64,000 nucleotides of DNA, from NCBI GenBank assembly GCA_043803105.1, contig JAZDKJ010000006.1, positions 288,001 through 352,000 on the forward strand, written 5' to 3'. The notes under the pieces were generated by a model. It had not been told where the DNA came from, searched no databases, and was given only the letters and a program-made list of their open reading frames with translations. The position numbers and the translations under genes were made by a program. This document shows, piece by piece, positions 29,419 through 40,729 of this stretch. Positions within the stretch are counted from its first letter, which is position 1; each line of letters opens with the position of its first letter. This DNA comes from Candidatus Woesearchaeota archaeon. Lineage in GTDB: Archaea; Nanobdellota; Nanobdellia; Woesearchaeales; JAZDKJ01.

Positions 29419-30581
29419 GAAAGAGTGAACGATTTACACGCGAAAGACCGAGATGGTCGGATGACTGGACGGCTGTGCCTCAAGGTTATAGGTCTGTTGC
29501 TCTGGTTCGCAGGGCCGAGGAAAAAAGTGGCCCATTCAAGCTTCTTGCTCTTACCACTGCGGCAATAGGTATTTTAGTTACCAGTGGCATATACAAAGTA
29601 TCATCCGTGCTGCCTCAGATGCAGGCATTGTATTATTCTTCAGGAATCCCGGCACCTTCTGCTCCATCTGTTCGGGAACCTCCTATTGTAAGTTCTTCCA
29701 TTGTAACCGACAACTATTCCAAGAGCATCACTGTTCAACCTAAAGGGACACCAAAGATTGAATTACCTGCAATGAGTTATATTCAACCAGAGGTACCTGC
29801 CGAATTCAAAAAAACAATGCCATCCCTGCCTTCTCCTAAACCAGCTGCTGAACCACAATCAAAGAATTACTCTCAGCCTCAGACAAAGACTGATGTCAAA
29901 CCTTTTGAGCAGACCAATCAGAAGGCAGCGTCCAAGTCTACGCATGCAAATCTAGACAAGATCGTCAAAGACAATTGGTCGCTTCAAGATAATTTAGACA
30001 TCGTCGGAATAAATAAGATGATAAAAGAGGAATGTGTCAGATACAATACGAACATTGATAAGAATTTCAAAGGTTATCTGGTTGATCCCAACCTGTTCTC
30101 AATCCTGGTAAAGTTTGAGTCTGGTTATGATCCAGCAAAGATTCATTACAAGGTCAGACGTCAGTTGAATCCTGCTTGGGACGTGCACATGAAGCAGGTG
30201 AAGAAAGGGAAAGTTCAACTGGATCCATCAATCAAGCAATACAAGCATGTCTACGTGCACGACAATGAAGGTAAACGCATACCATCTGCTTATGGTTTGG
30301 CTGGTTTGGCGCCTGAGACTGCCAAAACCCTTGGCATTAAGTTAAAGGATATCCTCGACTCTCGCACCAACATGCGTGGCGGAATCCAAAAGATTGGCGA
30401 GCTATTGTCCCTTTATGACGGAGATGTCAGCCTTGCCTTGGCTGGGTATAATGCGGGCGAGAGCAGGGTTGAGCAATTTGGCTTCGAGATACCACCAATA
30501 GAGCAGACCAAGAATTATGTTGCCAGGATAACGCATGCCTACGCAAAATTGTCATCTGCCAAGGCTTCCAAGCACCGTTAG
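29415..30581 (+). CDS. Membrane-anchored lytic transglycosylase (SLT domain)
   Basis: TM helix, P/S-rich linker, FESG, AYGL, ALAGYNAG, IPP..QTKNYV. Confidence 0.85.
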   Translation: MRKSERFTRERPRWSDDWTAVPQGYRSVALVRRAEEKSGPFKLLALTTAAIGILVTSGIYKVSSVLPQMQALYYSSGIPAPSAPSVREPPIVSSSIVTDNYSKSITVQPKGTPKIELPAMSYIQPEVPAEFKKTMPSLPSPKPAAEPQSKNYSQPQTKTDVKPFEQTNQKAASKSTHANLDKIVKDNWSLQDNLDIVGINKMIKEECVRYNTNIDKNFKGYLVDPNLFSILVKFESGYDPAKIHYKVRRQLNPAWDVHMKQVKKGKVQLDPSIKQYKHVYVHDNEGKRIPSAYGLAGLAPETAKTLGIKLKDILDSRTNMRGGIQKIGELLSLYDGDVSLALAGYNAGESRVEQFGFEIPPIEQTKNYVARITHAYAKLSSAKASKHR

Positions 30582-31331
30582 CATTTTTTGGCTGTCTCCT
30601 ATCGGGTCAGGGCTCTCATTGATTATTGTGATGTCGGTCTTTCGCTTTGTTATTTCCTGCAGTAATGATTTCATCTCATTCTTGTCAGTCAGCAGGTGTC
30701 TCCTCTCGCCTTTCTCTGTAAACTCTATACCTGAAAAGTGAGAGTGCACGTGCTTTAGCTGTTTCAGCTTGTCGAGCATCTCTGAATAGCCCATCTTGCC
30801 AAGGCTTCTTGCCTTCCAGTGAGAAAAGTCTATTGTCATGTGGCATCCAGTATCCTGCTTTAGCTGCATCAGCTCGTCCACATCCCCGAATTGCGTTGCC
30901 TTTCCTGTGAGTTCAGGGGCTAGTGTTGTTTTCCAGCCCTTGCTCTTTATGATATCACTCAACTCCTGCAACCCTTGAGCCATCTGCCGGTACACATCCT
31001 CTTTTTTTGCTCCCTGGTAGAATCCTGCGTGGAACACAACATACCTTGCACCCAGGTGATGAGCCCTCTCGCAGCTATCCAATATTCGTTTCTTGCTCGC
31101 TGTTATTATGTTTTTCTTGTTTGAGGCAAGGTTGATATAGTAAGGTCCATGAACAGAAAGTGCTATTCCATAGCCTTTTGCGAGTTTGCCAACGCGCAAT
31201 GCCTCCTCGTTGCTCATCCTAACTCCGTATGTGAACTCAACCTCCATCGCAGAGAGCCCTAGCTCGTGGATTTTGCCTAACCCCTTGTCATAACCAAGCC
31301 CTGCTGTGCCGCCTGGGCCTAAAAGAATCAT
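30552..31331 (-). CDS. nfo: Endonuclease IV
   Basis: SVHGPYYINL, VFHAG, ELTGKATQFG, IDFSH, HFSGI, GERRH. Confidence 0.9.
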   Translation of the reverse strand: MILLGPGGTAGLGYDKGLGKIHELGLSAMEVEFTYGVRMSNEEALRVGKLAKGYGIALSVHGPYYINLASNKKNIITASKKRILDSCERAHHLGARYVVFHAGFYQGAKKEDVYRQMAQGLQELSDIIKSKGWKTTLAPELTGKATQFGDVDELMQLKQDTGCHMTIDFSHWKARSLGKMGYSEMLDKLKQLKHVHSHFSGIEFTEKGERRHLLTDKNEMKSLLQEITKRKTDITIINESPDPIGDSQKMLTVLGSLGR

Positions 31332-32470
31332 CTCGCTGCCTTGGTCGTTGCCCAGGATAGTATCTGGCTGTAAATGATTACTCCAACGATTACCTGTATG
31401 AGGGGCATAAGAGATTCTGTTCCTAAGAATATTGCGTTTAATGCTATTGCTGTTACAGCAATTCCCTTTGGAGGAAGGATTGTCATTATGACCAGTTCTT
31501 TTTGGTTGAAGTATTCATGCTTCAATATGACAGCAAGTGACAAGTATCTTATGATGAGGTATGCCAGGTAGATGAGCATCGTTAGAATTAGAAAGTTTGT
31601 CGAGAGCGGGATTGAGACCACCATTCCAAGGAGCAGCAGCATCAATATTTCTATTGACTGTGAAAAGGTCCTTGAGAACTCTTCCAGTTCTTTCTTGTGT
31701 TTTATTGTGAATGCCCCAAACAGTATGGCCATTGACACTATAGCAAATATGCCTGCCCCGTTGAGCGCCTCAGCGAACAAATAGACTCCGAGGCAAAGCC
31801 CAATCAATGCTATTGGTGATATCCTCTTGGATAATCTCCTGAAAATCTTGAAAACGACAAGGCCTGAAAATAAGCCTGTCCCAAGTCCCACGAATATGGT
31901 CAGGCTAAACATTATCATGAACATGGTCACAGGCATGTCCATTATTGTGTTTCTTAGAAACATGATAAACTCAAGGAGAAGGGCGCTCGCAAATATGATG
32001 AGTGCTTCATTGAATTCAGATTCTGTCTCAATAAAGTGTTTAATCCTTGCCACCTTTGAACTGAAAGCGGGTGCGCCCAATCCTGCTACTAGCGTGCACA
32101 TGAGAAAGGCGATGAACGGATCATCAGTAAGCTGCAGCATCAAGAATATTCCCCCAATCATGACTATGGTCAGGCCGAAAAGTATTGCTGTTATGCGGGT
32201 CGCGCTTTGCGAATAATTGTCTGACCTGTGGGGCTTGATTCTGGAAAATATATCATAAGTGATCATGATTAGACCGAAGATTGCTACGCCAAGCACAAAG
32301 GACTTTGGAAATGTTACTATCTTGTCAGGCAGGGGCAGCTTGCTGAGGATGACCCCTGTTGCAAGGAGCATTAGCTGCATCGGCATTTTCCATCTGTGGC
32401 AGAAGAAAGAGACCACCAGCCCAACCACAAAAATGAATGTTATAGGGTACAATGCTTCTAGTTGGTACAT
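31328..32470 (-). CDS. Cation:proton antiporter (CPA1-like)
   Basis: Multi-TM; ESEFNE, PKG motifs. Confidence 0.75.
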   Translation of the reverse strand: MYQLEALYPITFIFVVGLVVSFFCHRWKMPMQLMLLATGVILSKLPLPDKIVTFPKSFVLGVAIFGLIMITYDIFSRIKPHRSDNYSQSATRITAILFGLTIVMIGGIFLMLQLTDDPFIAFLMCTLVAGLGAPAFSSKVARIKHFIETESEFNEALIIFASALLLEFIMFLRNTIMDMPVTMFMIMFSLTIFVGLGTGLFSGLVVFKIFRRLSKRISPIALIGLCLGVYLFAEALNGAGIFAIVSMAILFGAFTIKHKKELEEFSRTFSQSIEILMLLLLGMVVSIPLSTNFLILTMLIYLAYLIIRYLSLAVILKHEYFNQKELVIMTILPPKGIAVTAIALNAIFLGTESLMPLIQVIVGVIIYSQILSWATTKAAR

Positions 32471-32565
32471 TTATTACCTCTTTTTATTTGCTCATCTTGG
32501 GTGTTGATTATATTAAATTTACTATTTTGCAAAGTTTTTTATAATCCCCATGTTAAGGTTCTGGC

Positions 32566-33801
32566 ATGAAAAAGATACTTGCAAATGTGCTCAAAGCGAT
32601 TGTCCCAACCAGGCAAGAGGAGGAACAGGTTTTTTCAAAGATAAATGCCTTCCTGGCAAAGCTTGGTTCAAGCCTTGGTGATGCAGCACCCATCCTAGGC
32701 GGCTCAATGGCAAAAGGCACTTGGATTAAAGGTGTACATGATGCGGATATTTTCGTCAAGTTCCCTTATAAGAAATACTCGGGCAAGACGAGCGAACTCT
32801 CTGACATTCTTGAGAAAAAGATAAGGAGGCTTAAGCTGACTAGGCTTCATGGAAGCAGGGACTATTTCCAGATACGCCAAGAGTCCATCACTTATGAGAT
32901 TATCCCTATCCTTGATATAGCAAAGGCTGATCATGCCTTGAACATTACTGACATTAGCCCTCTGCACGCAAAATGGGTCAAGAAAAACCTAAAGGATCCG
33001 AGCCAAGTAAGGTTAGCCAAAGCATTCTGCAAGGCGCAGGGTGTTTATGGTGCTGAAAGCTATATCATGGGATTTTCAGGTTATGTTGTCGAGATACTCA
33101 CTGTCTATTACGGCTCATTCGAGAGGTTTGTTAGGCAGGCATCCAAATGGGGTTCAAGGACTATCATCGACCCTATGAAATATCACAAGAATGTGATGTT
33201 TGAGGTCAACCAGTCAAAACTAGTCAGCCCCCTTGTGCTTATTGATCCTGTCCAGAAGGGCAGGAATACTGCAGCAGGTCTGAGCAAGGAAAACTATGAC
33301 CGTTTTGTGCGTGCCTGCCAGGCTTATTTGGACCAGCCTTCTGAGGATTTCTTTATTGCCAAGAAAGTCTCAAAATCAGATTTGTCGCAAAAAGCTAAGG
33401 ATAAGGCTCTTATCTTCGTCGAGGTTAAGGCAGTGTCTGGCAAGGAGGATGTTGTCGGAGGAAAACTAAAGAAGGCATTTGACTTTTTTTCTCGGGAGCT
33501 TGTCAGGCACGACTTTTTGGTTGCTGATAAGGGTTGGGAATTTGACATTCCCACAAAAGCGATTTTCTGGTACTTTGTGAGCCCGAAAGAGCTCCCAAAA
33601 AAGCGGGAATGGCCAGGTCCGCCACTGAAGAGCAGCCAGAACGTTGATGCATTCAAGAAAAAGTATAGCAACACCTTTACCAAAGGTAATCGCATATTTG
33701 CAACCATTACAAGAAAGTACACCAAGCCATCAGATTTGATTAAATCTCTTGGCAAAGACCCTTACTTGAAAGATAAATTGAAGTCTTATGAACTAAAATG
33801 A
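32566..33801 (+). CDS. cca: CCA-adding enzyme (class I)
   Basis: GGSMAKGTW..DADIF, GFSGY, IDPV..RN. Confidence 0.93.
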   Translation: MKKILANVLKAIVPTRQEEEQVFSKINAFLAKLGSSLGDAAPILGGSMAKGTWIKGVHDADIFVKFPYKKYSGKTSELSDILEKKIRRLKLTRLHGSRDYFQIRQESITYEIIPILDIAKADHALNITDISPLHAKWVKKNLKDPSQVRLAKAFCKAQGVYGAESYIMGFSGYVVEILTVYYGSFERFVRQASKWGSRTIIDPMKYHKNVMFEVNQSKLVSPLVLIDPVQKGRNTAAGLSKENYDRFVRACQAYLDQPSEDFFIAKKVSKSDLSQKAKDKALIFVEVKAVSGKEDVVGGKLKKAFDFFSRELVRHDFLVADKGWEFDIPTKAIFWYFVSPKELPKKREWPGPPLKSSQNVDAFKKKYSNTFTKGNRIFATITRKYTKPSDLIKSLGKDPYLKDKLKSYELK

Positions 33802-34136
33802 AACAGGTAATATTGTTGCGCGCAGATTTAAGGCTTGGTGTTGGAAAGGCCTCTGCCCAGGTCGCGCATGCAAGCCTGGATGCTGCTTTGAAGTCAAGCA
33901 AGGATAAGCTTAGCGAATGGAGAAAAGAAGGGATGAAAAAGGTTGTGCTGAAAGTAAAAGACGACAAAGAGCTAATCCAATTCCAGAATCTGGCCAAGGA
34001 CAAAAAGTTGGTCGCAAGCTTAATAACAGATGCAGGCCTTACTGAGATCCCTCCTGGCACTATCACATGTCTTGCGATTGGGCCTGATGAAGAAGGGCTC
34101 ATAGATTCTATCACTGGAAAGCTCAAGATGTATTAA
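33798..34136 (+). CDS. pth2: Peptidyl-tRNA hydrolase 2
   Basis: KQVILLRADL, GKASAQVAHAS, DAGLTEI, IGP. Confidence 0.95.
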   Translation: MKQVILLRADLRLGVGKASAQVAHASLDAALKSSKDKLSEWRKEGMKKVVLKVKDDKELIQFQNLAKDKKLVASLITDAGLTEIPPGTITCLAIGPDEEGLIDSITGKLKMY

Positions 34137-34205
34137 ATATAGTCTGCATAATATATTTTATATTATATAAATCCTTAAATATGCTTTTTTACAGTTTTAT
34201 AGTCT

Positions 34206-34532
34206 ATGCCAACAGGTCAATTGGTTACTTGTGATCACTGCAGGAAGGGAATTCCACTTTCTGAAATAAAATATGTTCTTAAAGGCAAGGACCAGACTGT
34301 TCCTTTGTGTGCTGCCTGCAGGTCTAAGTACAAAACGCCTGTTGAGAAAAAGTCTGTTGAGCCAAAATCAGATAAGGTCCCGTATTTCTGCATAAGGTGC
34401 AAGTACAAGTTCAGGTACAACCCGAAGAGCGGGACTGCATTGAGATGCCCGTTCTGCGGCAGGGAAGATAAGGTCATTGAAGACAAGGTGCCTGATGCAG
34501 ATACCTTGATAAGGACTCTTCACGACGAATGA
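34206..34532 (+). CDS. Zinc-finger hypothetical protein
   Basis: Four CxxC pairs. Confidence 0.7.
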   Translation: MPTGQLVTCDHCRKGIPLSEIKYVLKGKDQTVPLCAACRSKYKTPVEKKSVEPKSDKVPYFCIRCKYKFRYNPKSGTALRCPFCGREDKVIEDKVPDADTLIRTLHDE

Positions 34533-35108
34533 TTAGTTCTCAAGAAGCCCTTTCTTTTCCATCAGGAGGTAAGGATATCCTCTGAGGTCAGGGCTTGAAA
34601 TGTCAAGTTCTATGCTCTTTGCAAACTCTCCAATCTTTTTTCTTGCTGCGCTCACGCTCCCAAAATCTTTTTTTGCCTCAATCTCAACGTAGAACCCTAA
34701 CTCCTTTACCTTGTCTATCGCTACTTCAAACTCGTCCTTGTAAAGGTAGGTCTCCCTTTCCTTTTCTATGGTGACCAGTTTTTTCACGTCAAGGCTGATG
34801 AAGATTTTTCGCAGTTGCTCCGGGTTTGCCACTTCTGTTTCATACTCTTCACAATGCGTGTGCACCTGTGCATTTTCAGGATGAAAGTGCTTGTAGTTTA
34901 GTATTGTTATCTCTCCCCTCTGCCTTATGCTTAACCACTCGAAAGGGTATTCTGGTTCGACAAAGCTCCTGTGTGCTGGTGTATAATATTCATCTTTCTG
35001 CTTGGCTATCTTTCCAAATATTGCTATTTCTTTTAGTCTTGCTTTCAGTTTTGCCGCAATTTGTGCATCGATCTGCACCTTAACCTCAACCTCTGTGTTG
35101 TTGGCCAT
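34533..35108 (-). CDS. cyaB: CYTH / class IV adenylate cyclase family
   Basis: EVEVK, KERETY, LGFYVEIE. Confidence 0.88.
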   Translation of the reverse strand: MANNTEVEVKVQIDAQIAAKLKARLKEIAIFGKIAKQKDEYYTPAHRSFVEPEYPFEWLSIRQRGEITILNYKHFHPENAQVHTHCEEYETEVANPEQLRKIFISLDVKKLVTIEKERETYLYKDEFEVAIDKVKELGFYVEIEAKKDFGSVSAARKKIGEFAKSIELDISSPDLRGYPYLLMEKKGLLEN

Positions 35109-35129
35109 GGTCAATAGTACTCAATCTGA

Positions 35130-35675
35130 CTATTTAATTGTTGCGTGTTTGAGAAGGTCTGCAAGCCTCCTGAACGCCATCATGCGTATGTGGGCCTTGT
35201 CTATTGGCTCGCCCTCCATCTCGCCGTAGGTTACATCAAAACCCTCTGGCTGGAATATTGGGTCCCATCCAAAGCCAGAACTGCCTCTTGGCTTGACTAT
35301 CCTGCCCTTTACTTTGTGGTCAAAGAAAATTATCTCATTGCCATCAAAGTATCCTAAGGATACGCAAGCCTCTGCCCTGTCATTCCCAAGCTTATCAGCT
35401 ATTTTGTACAGTCCATCGAGCCCTATTGTTTTGATGAACCACTTGATTAGAGGGCCCGGAAGCCCATTGAGGCATTGCAGTGAGAGCGAGGTGTCGTCAA
35501 CGACAAAACGTCCTTTGTGGTGTTTTCTTGCTTCTTCCAGCTTTGCCTTTATTATCTCATGCTGGTCAATATGTTGTATCTCTGGGAGGTCTATTTCCAT
35601 GAGCTCAAGTTCAGGTATTATTTTTTTTGCTTGTGCGAATTTTCCCCTGTTCTGCGTTATGAAATAGATTGTCAT
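35130..35675 (-). CDS. Non-canonical purine NTP pyrophosphatase (Ham1/ITPase)
   Basis: [29 protein letters not shown]. Confidence 0.92.
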   Translation of the reverse strand: MTIYFITQNRGKFAQAKKIIPELELMEIDLPEIQHIDQHEIIKAKLEEARKHHKGRFVVDDTSLSLQCLNGLPGPLIKWFIKTIGLDGLYKIADKLGNDRAEACVSLGYFDGNEIIFFDHKVKGRIVKPRGSSGFGWDPIFQPEGFDVTYGEMEGEPIDKAHIRMMAFRRLADLLKHATIK

Positions 35676-37993
35676 CTTGCGAGCGCTTCTTTTATGATGT
35701 CATACACTTTGGGGTGAAGGTCAGTGTCAAGCAGTGTTGCGTGCAGCATCTCAAGCCCATTGCACGTTCCGTTGACTACAGAATTGTTTGCTCCTTTGAG
35801 CCTTGCGTTCTGCTCTAGCACTACACCGTCACCATTTCCCTGGGGCATCTTGCAACCTGTGCCTATTATGTTGAAAACGGGTATTGTAATTGGAGCTTGG
35901 TTGACTTTGTTTATGAACAGGCTGTCTGCGTTCATCTCCTCGCATTCTGTCTGCGCCCCGACTATTGGGCAATAATCTGCTATCTCTCCTTCTATTCCAA
36001 GGTTTGGGGTGGCTATCAACATAACCTTGTAGAGGCTGTCAGCACCAAAGACCTGCATGTATCTTCTTGTCACAAGGCCTCCCATGCTGTGGGCAATGAT
36101 TATGACCTTGTCCTTTCCTGTCATGGTTTTTGCCTGGTTCACTATCTCCCTTAGCCTTATTGCATAGCTGTCTATGCCTTGTGTCTTTGTCTGCACCACT
36201 ACAAATTTCTCTGGTCCAGAAAAGAGGTCAAAATAAAAGCTTGATTTAAGATTCAGCGGCACTCTGGTCTCTCCGAATACTCCTGGCTGCACATTGCTAT
36301 ATGTTGATATCGCCCCAGCATCCAAGTAACCATCTTGCTCGAGCCTCGCTTCTATCTTGTTGAACGCATCCAAACTGTATTCAAAAGAGGTTTGCCTGTT
36401 AAAGGCATGGCCGTGCACAAAGATTATCGGGTAGAGTGTTGGTTCATAAGTGCACTCTCCGGCTGTGCAGCATTCAGCACATTTGTTTGACACGCAACAT
36501 TTTGCTACCGGCTCTGTGAATTGTATGCTCACCTGTACATCAGATGCTGTTGGGATATCGACAGTTTCAAATTTATACACGCTGAGCTGTTTTAATGTAA
36601 TGTTTCTGGGACTGCATCTGCTAGGCAATATCCGTTGAAGGTCTTTTGTAAAGTTCTGCCCTAGGTTAGGCAATGAATTTAATTGTTGTATAATCAGGTC
36701 AGAATTAGGATGGGTCGAGGACAGGTTGTCCGTGTATTTTGCTATAACTGTTTGCATAGAAAGGTTAGTTGAATTTTCGCTGGAAATATGCGCCAGTTGT
36801 TCTGTCAAATTTTCTAAATCATTGCATGCATTGCTCAATCTGAACTCGGTTTGCCTTGCCCTTTCGATAATGCTTGGGTAGCCATTGCAACTCAGGTTTG
36901 CCATGCAGAGCGCTGTTCTTATGACATCAGCCCTTACCTCGATATTAAGTGTCTGGTCCCTCAGCATTTCATTGATGATTAAGCTTGTTGTATTCACTTT
37001 CTTTAGCAAGCCGAGCACCGCTTTCTCTTTTTGCTCCATTGTGTTTCGCTGGTTGAATTTAAACGCTGCAAAGTTAAAATCATCAATTTCTGAGTTTGCA
37101 TTCTGAATTGGCAGCGGATTGTCCTGCAATAATACAATAATCTCATGCAGGATTTGTCCTGTTGCGTTGAGCTCGATCGCAGCTGTGTTGTAACGTTTCA
37201 CTAAATCAGACAGGCTTTTGTTGAAAATCTGTGTTTCTTGTTGCGATTGTGCATATTCTAGTTCAAAGGCGGCGGTATCATTCTCAAGCCTTGTATAGTC
37301 TTGTTCCTCCCAATAGGCCTGAAGGTCTCTCAAATGAGCAGTTAACAGGCTTAGCTTTACAGTCAAGTTGGAGCCTGTCTTCTCTATGCTGATTAGTTGC
37401 AGATTCTGTCCGAGCGCACCACTCACCTCTTGGAGCGCTTGTTCTGTTCCGAGCATCTGCCCGAGCCCTGCTGATAATTCCTCGAGCCTTGCTTTCAATT
37501 CAGCTTTTTGCTGTTTCTCCTCATCTGATAGGTCATAGTTTAATGCAACCAACACAGTTCTCTCAGTTGGCATCTGCGAGGTATGGCATAAGAGTGATTG
37601 CGCACTGTGGCATTCTATGCTAAAGCTGTAGAGTTCCTGGCCAAAGCCAAATTTTTGGACCTGCAAAGAGTATGTCTTGCTGAATGATTTTCCTGTAGAG
37701 AGTGTGAAATTGCTTTGGTCAATAAGGCGTCCTGAGCTTATGTCCTTGAAGCTTGAATTGCACATCGCATTGCAGAACAGGTTTGTTTGCGTTGTTGCTT
37801 CAAAGGTTACTGTTGCTGACTGCTCTCTCACAAGGTTGAACACCTCATTGTCAGCACTCAATTTAAGAATTATGTCGTTGCCTAAAAGAAGGTTAATATA
37901 AAGTGCTATCTCTGTGCCAAAGACCACCAAAAGTGCGGCAGCAATTGCTATGATTGTGATATACAACCATCTTCTGCTCTTCTTTTTTTTCAT
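35672..37993 (-). CDS. Membrane-anchored surface protein with coiled-coil stalk and C-terminal lipase-like alpha/beta hydrolase
   Basis: N-terminal TM; IFVHG, AHSMGG, TPN.G, DGVV, H. Confidence 0.82.
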   Translation of the reverse strand: MKKKKSRRWLYITIIAIAAALLVVFGTEIALYINLLLGNDIILKLSADNEVFNLVREQSATVTFEATTQTNLFCNAMCNSSFKDISSGRLIDQSNFTLSTGKSFSKTYSLQVQKFGFGQELYSFSIECHSAQSLLCHTSQMPTERTVLVALNYDLSDEEKQQKAELKARLEELSAGLGQMLGTEQALQEVSGALGQNLQLISIEKTGSNLTVKLSLLTAHLRDLQAYWEEQDYTRLENDTAAFELEYAQSQQETQIFNKSLSDLVKRYNTAAIELNATGQILHEIIVLLQDNPLPIQNANSEIDDFNFAAFKFNQRNTMEQKEKAVLGLLKKVNTTSLIINEMLRDQTLNIEVRADVIRTALCMANLSCNGYPSIIERARQTEFRLSNACNDLENLTEQLAHISSENSTNLSMQTVIAKYTDNLSSTHPNSDLIIQQLNSLPNLGQNFTKDLQRILPSRCSPRNITLKQLSVYKFETVDIPTASDVQVSIQFTEPVAKCCVSNKCAECCTAGECTYEPTLYPIIFVHGHAFNRQTSFEYSLDAFNKIEARLEQDGYLDAGAISTYSNVQPGVFGETRVPLNLKSSFYFDLFSGPEKFVVVQTKTQGIDSYAIRLREIVNQAKTMTGKDKVIIIAHSMGGLVTRRYMQVFGADSLYKVMLIATPNLGIEGEIADYCPIVGAQTECEEMNADSLFINKVNQAPITIPVFNIIGTGCKMPQGNGDGVVLEQNARLKGANNSVVNGTCNGLEMLHATLLDTDLHPKVYDIIKEALAR

Positions 37994-38083
37994 TGTCCTT
38001 AAATAAATAAATCTTATATTTAAATGTAGCACACTCACTGGACAATTAGCCACAGCATATTTAAATTAAAAAAATAATTCTGT

Positions 38084-38773
38084 ATGGTGGCACTTACTGG
38101 TATTAAAGGCGAGTATGCAAACACTGAGTTGCTCTTGTATGCTATAACCAATAAGCCGTCGCTTATCATTGACTGTGCTAACTGCGCAGATCCTCATAGC
38201 CTCTTCCCTTTTGTTTTTCCTGAGGATTTTGTTGATGTGCACGTAATAGAGATTGAGTTGCTCTACCTTTTGCGTGATGTGCTGAAAAGAACGGGGGCAT
38301 TGGCTGATGAGTTGAAGCTAAGATGCGTGGTCATCCCGACGTTTGATTATTTGTTTGCCTATGATGACAAGGAGGAGAACAATGAGATTTTTTCGCAGTG
38401 CTGGAAACTCATAAAGGATTTGTCGCTAGATCACAACGTTGTTGTCGCCATCCACAAGTCTCATGATGGTTTTGCAGCAGGCTATTGTGATAAAATTGTT
38501 GAGGGTGAATTTATGGGTCATACTGTGCGAAGCCAAAGGTGCAACCTTGATGTCCTGCTTGAGGAGCTTAATGCATATGGCAAGTCTTTGAATGCTAAGG
38601 ACAAGGAAATCTTTGAGAAGATGCTGAAGCTCCCTTACCTTCATGTGGGCAGCATCTCTTATGCAAACAGCTTCCATGCCTGGGCCTTTCTTCTTTTGTC
38701 TATAATGCTCGAGCAGGAAAAAAGGATTAAGGAATTGGAAGAAATGAAGGATTTTGCCAACGAGATTAGCTAA
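38084..38773 (+). CDS. PolB2-associated inactive RadA-like ATPase fused to small helical accessory subunit (arCOG07300-like)
   Basis: IIDCANCADP region; internal MGHTVRSQR...LNAKDKEIF typical of polB2 operon gene. Confidence 0.65.
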   Translation: MVALTGIKGEYANTELLLYAITNKPSLIIDCANCADPHSLFPFVFPEDFVDVHVIEIELLYLLRDVLKRTGALADELKLRCVVIPTFDYLFAYDDKEENNEIFSQCWKLIKDLSLDHNVVVAIHKSHDGFAAGYCDKIVEGEFMGHTVRSQRCNLDVLLEELNAYGKSLNAKDKEIFEKMLKLPYLHVGSISYANSFHAWAFLLLSIMLEQEKRIKELEEMKDFANEIS

Positions 38774-38784
38774 ATTTTGCCTGG

Positions 38785-39093
38785 TCACGATTCATCGAGA
38801 ACGCAAACCTTCACTCTTGAGGCTCCTGCATATCTTGTGCTGCACTCATCACTCCTGATCAAGTCTACATAAGCTGCATCGCTTGTCATAACCCAATAAT
38901 GATTATACTGTTCTACCGGTTCTTTGACACGAATGTATTTCTCTGACTGTGTGCCCATCAGATGGAACACAAACCCTTTTGCCTCAGCCTCAAGGCAAGG
39001 GGTGCATTCCGCAGTTCTTTTCAGTTGCAATGCCTCTTTCCTCAACAATAAGAAGCTGATGTCGCTGGTTGATTCGCAGAACAGGACCTTCAT
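38785..39093 (-). CDS. Hypothetical protein
   Basis: ORF with AT-rich box upstream. Confidence 0.45.
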   Translation of the reverse strand: MKVLFCESTSDISFLLLRKEALQLKRTAECTPCLEAEAKGFVFHLMGTQSEKYIRVKEPVEQYNHYWVMTSDAAYVDLIRSDECSTRYAGASRVKVCVLDES

Positions 39094-39402
39094 TGCCAAT
39101 GCTAATCAAAGATATCTATTAAACTTTGCGCTGCCGAGGCAGGTAGCAACTAAACAATCGGCCTAGAATTCAATATCATAGCACCACCCCTTGCGGTACC
39201 TGCAGGCATCTTATAAATGAATTTGGGTCGCCTGCAACCACAGTCATATGCATGCAATACATTCAAAGAAGGAAAAACTGGATTTTTCCTAAGATAGAAA
39301 AATACAAAATAGAAGAATTGTATCCCCATCATTATACACCCGTTAATTGGGTTGGATGGCGAGTGGACTGAATTGACTGAGCGACCTTTCCAAATGTTGT
39401 GT

Positions 39403-39885
39403 TCAGAAACATGCACTGCATGGTTCTTGGTTTTTCCGACTTTCCACAGGTTTCTTCCTTTCCAAGAGACTGGGTAATTCTCTGATGTAATCCACCAAAT
39501 GTTGATACAGGTCTTTCTTCCTAGAAGGCTCTTTTTCTAACCATGACAAGAATTCCTCTGTCGTTATATCATCTATACTGCTCCTTGCTGGAAAAACATC
39601 ATCCGCTTTTCGGTCGATGAAAACTCTTTGAATACCTCCATTGTAAGCAACATAGAATTGATGACCTTGTAAGTCTGTTTCACTAATGGTCTCATACTTA
39701 TTTGTTAGGTTAGCGCTGGGAAGTCTATATGCCTTATTCACCAACAACACACCATCTAAAAGGGCAGCTATATCACAAGTGTAACGGTCTTGGAGTGGAC
39801 CAGTAGCTTGTGTTTTTGATTGAAATTCTTTTGGCATTTGAATCATAAAGTCCTTTGCATATTTAATTCTTTTGTGTTTTATCAT
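39403..39885 (-). CDS. Hypothetical protein
   Basis: 160-aa AT-rich ORF overlapping GNAT gene. Confidence 0.55.
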   Translation of the reverse strand: MIKHKRIKYAKDFMIQMPKEFQSKTQATGPLQDRYTCDIAALLDGVLLVNKAYRLPSANLTNKYETISETDLQGHQFYVAYNGGIQRVFIDRKADDVFPARSSIDDITTEEFLSWLEKEPSRKKDLYQHLVDYIRELPSLLERKKPVESRKNQEPCSACF

Positions 39886-40729
39886 AGTCCCTTCTTATCA
39901 AGTAAAAGATGGTAGGTTGTTCCGGATCTATTTTTGCTCCGCGGTCTAAATACATTGGCACAAGATTGCCTCTAGCTGCCCCCCTAATTTCTATTGCATG
40001 ATTTGCTAATGCGAGGCTATTCAATGCATTGTGCAATCTTACGGATATGCCTTTTCTCCTGCTTCTTTGGGATACGAGAACTTGGTGAGCATGAATGATT
40101 ATTTTATTGTTGTTTTCTTCGACAGCCGATAGTAATACCCCCTCTATATTGCCATCGTCATAAACAAGACAAGTGGAAGGTGACATGTTATATAACAATC
40201 TCACAGCCCTATGTCTTAAAGTATACTCTTCCAAAAAGAGTTTTTCAACAAGAGGCACATCTGAGTCATTCATCGCCCTTATGCTTTCGTCAATGATATA
40301 GTGACTATCTTTTGTGACAGGGATGTAAATAGGAACTAATGCGGCAGCAGTTCTGTTAATAGGGATTTCATTTTCTAGTTTATCAGTTAATGCACAAAAT
40401 CCATGGTTTTTGAATGTAGCATAGTCCCTTTCATTACATCGCAAAATTTGCGGCACTTCGAATATTTTATCTAATACAAGAATGTAATCTTCCAGTGTTA
40501 TAGCATCACCTTTAAGGCTGACAAGATCGCATTGATCAATCGTGAAATTAACATAAGGGTCCGCAGCTTTTTGCCTCCATATCTTGATAAATCCAATAGC
40601 AGATTTATCAGTCACAAGAATATACTTGTCGTAATAAGTAAACTCTTTTCTGACTTGTGACCCTGGATCAGGTCCCAATTTGTTGATTAAAGGTCCAATA
40701 TTTTCAACTGTTAAACATTCATAAAACAT
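39863..40729 (-). CDS. GNAT-domain protein
   Basis: IRAMNDSD...VLVSQRSRRKGIS motif A. Confidence 0.7.
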   Translation of the reverse strand: MFYECLTVENIGPLINKLGPDPGSQVRKEFTYYDKYILVTDKSAIGFIKIWRQKAADPYVNFTIDQCDLVSLKGDAITLEDYILVLDKIFEVPQILRCNERDYATFKNHGFCALTDKLENEIPINRTAAALVPIYIPVTKDSHYIIDESIRAMNDSDVPLVEKLFLEEYTLRHRAVRLLYNMSPSTCLVYDDGNIEGVLLSAVEENNNKIIIHAHQVLVSQRSRRKGISVRLHNALNSLALANHAIEIRGAARGNLVPMYLDRGAKIDPEQPTIFYLIRRDYDKTQKN

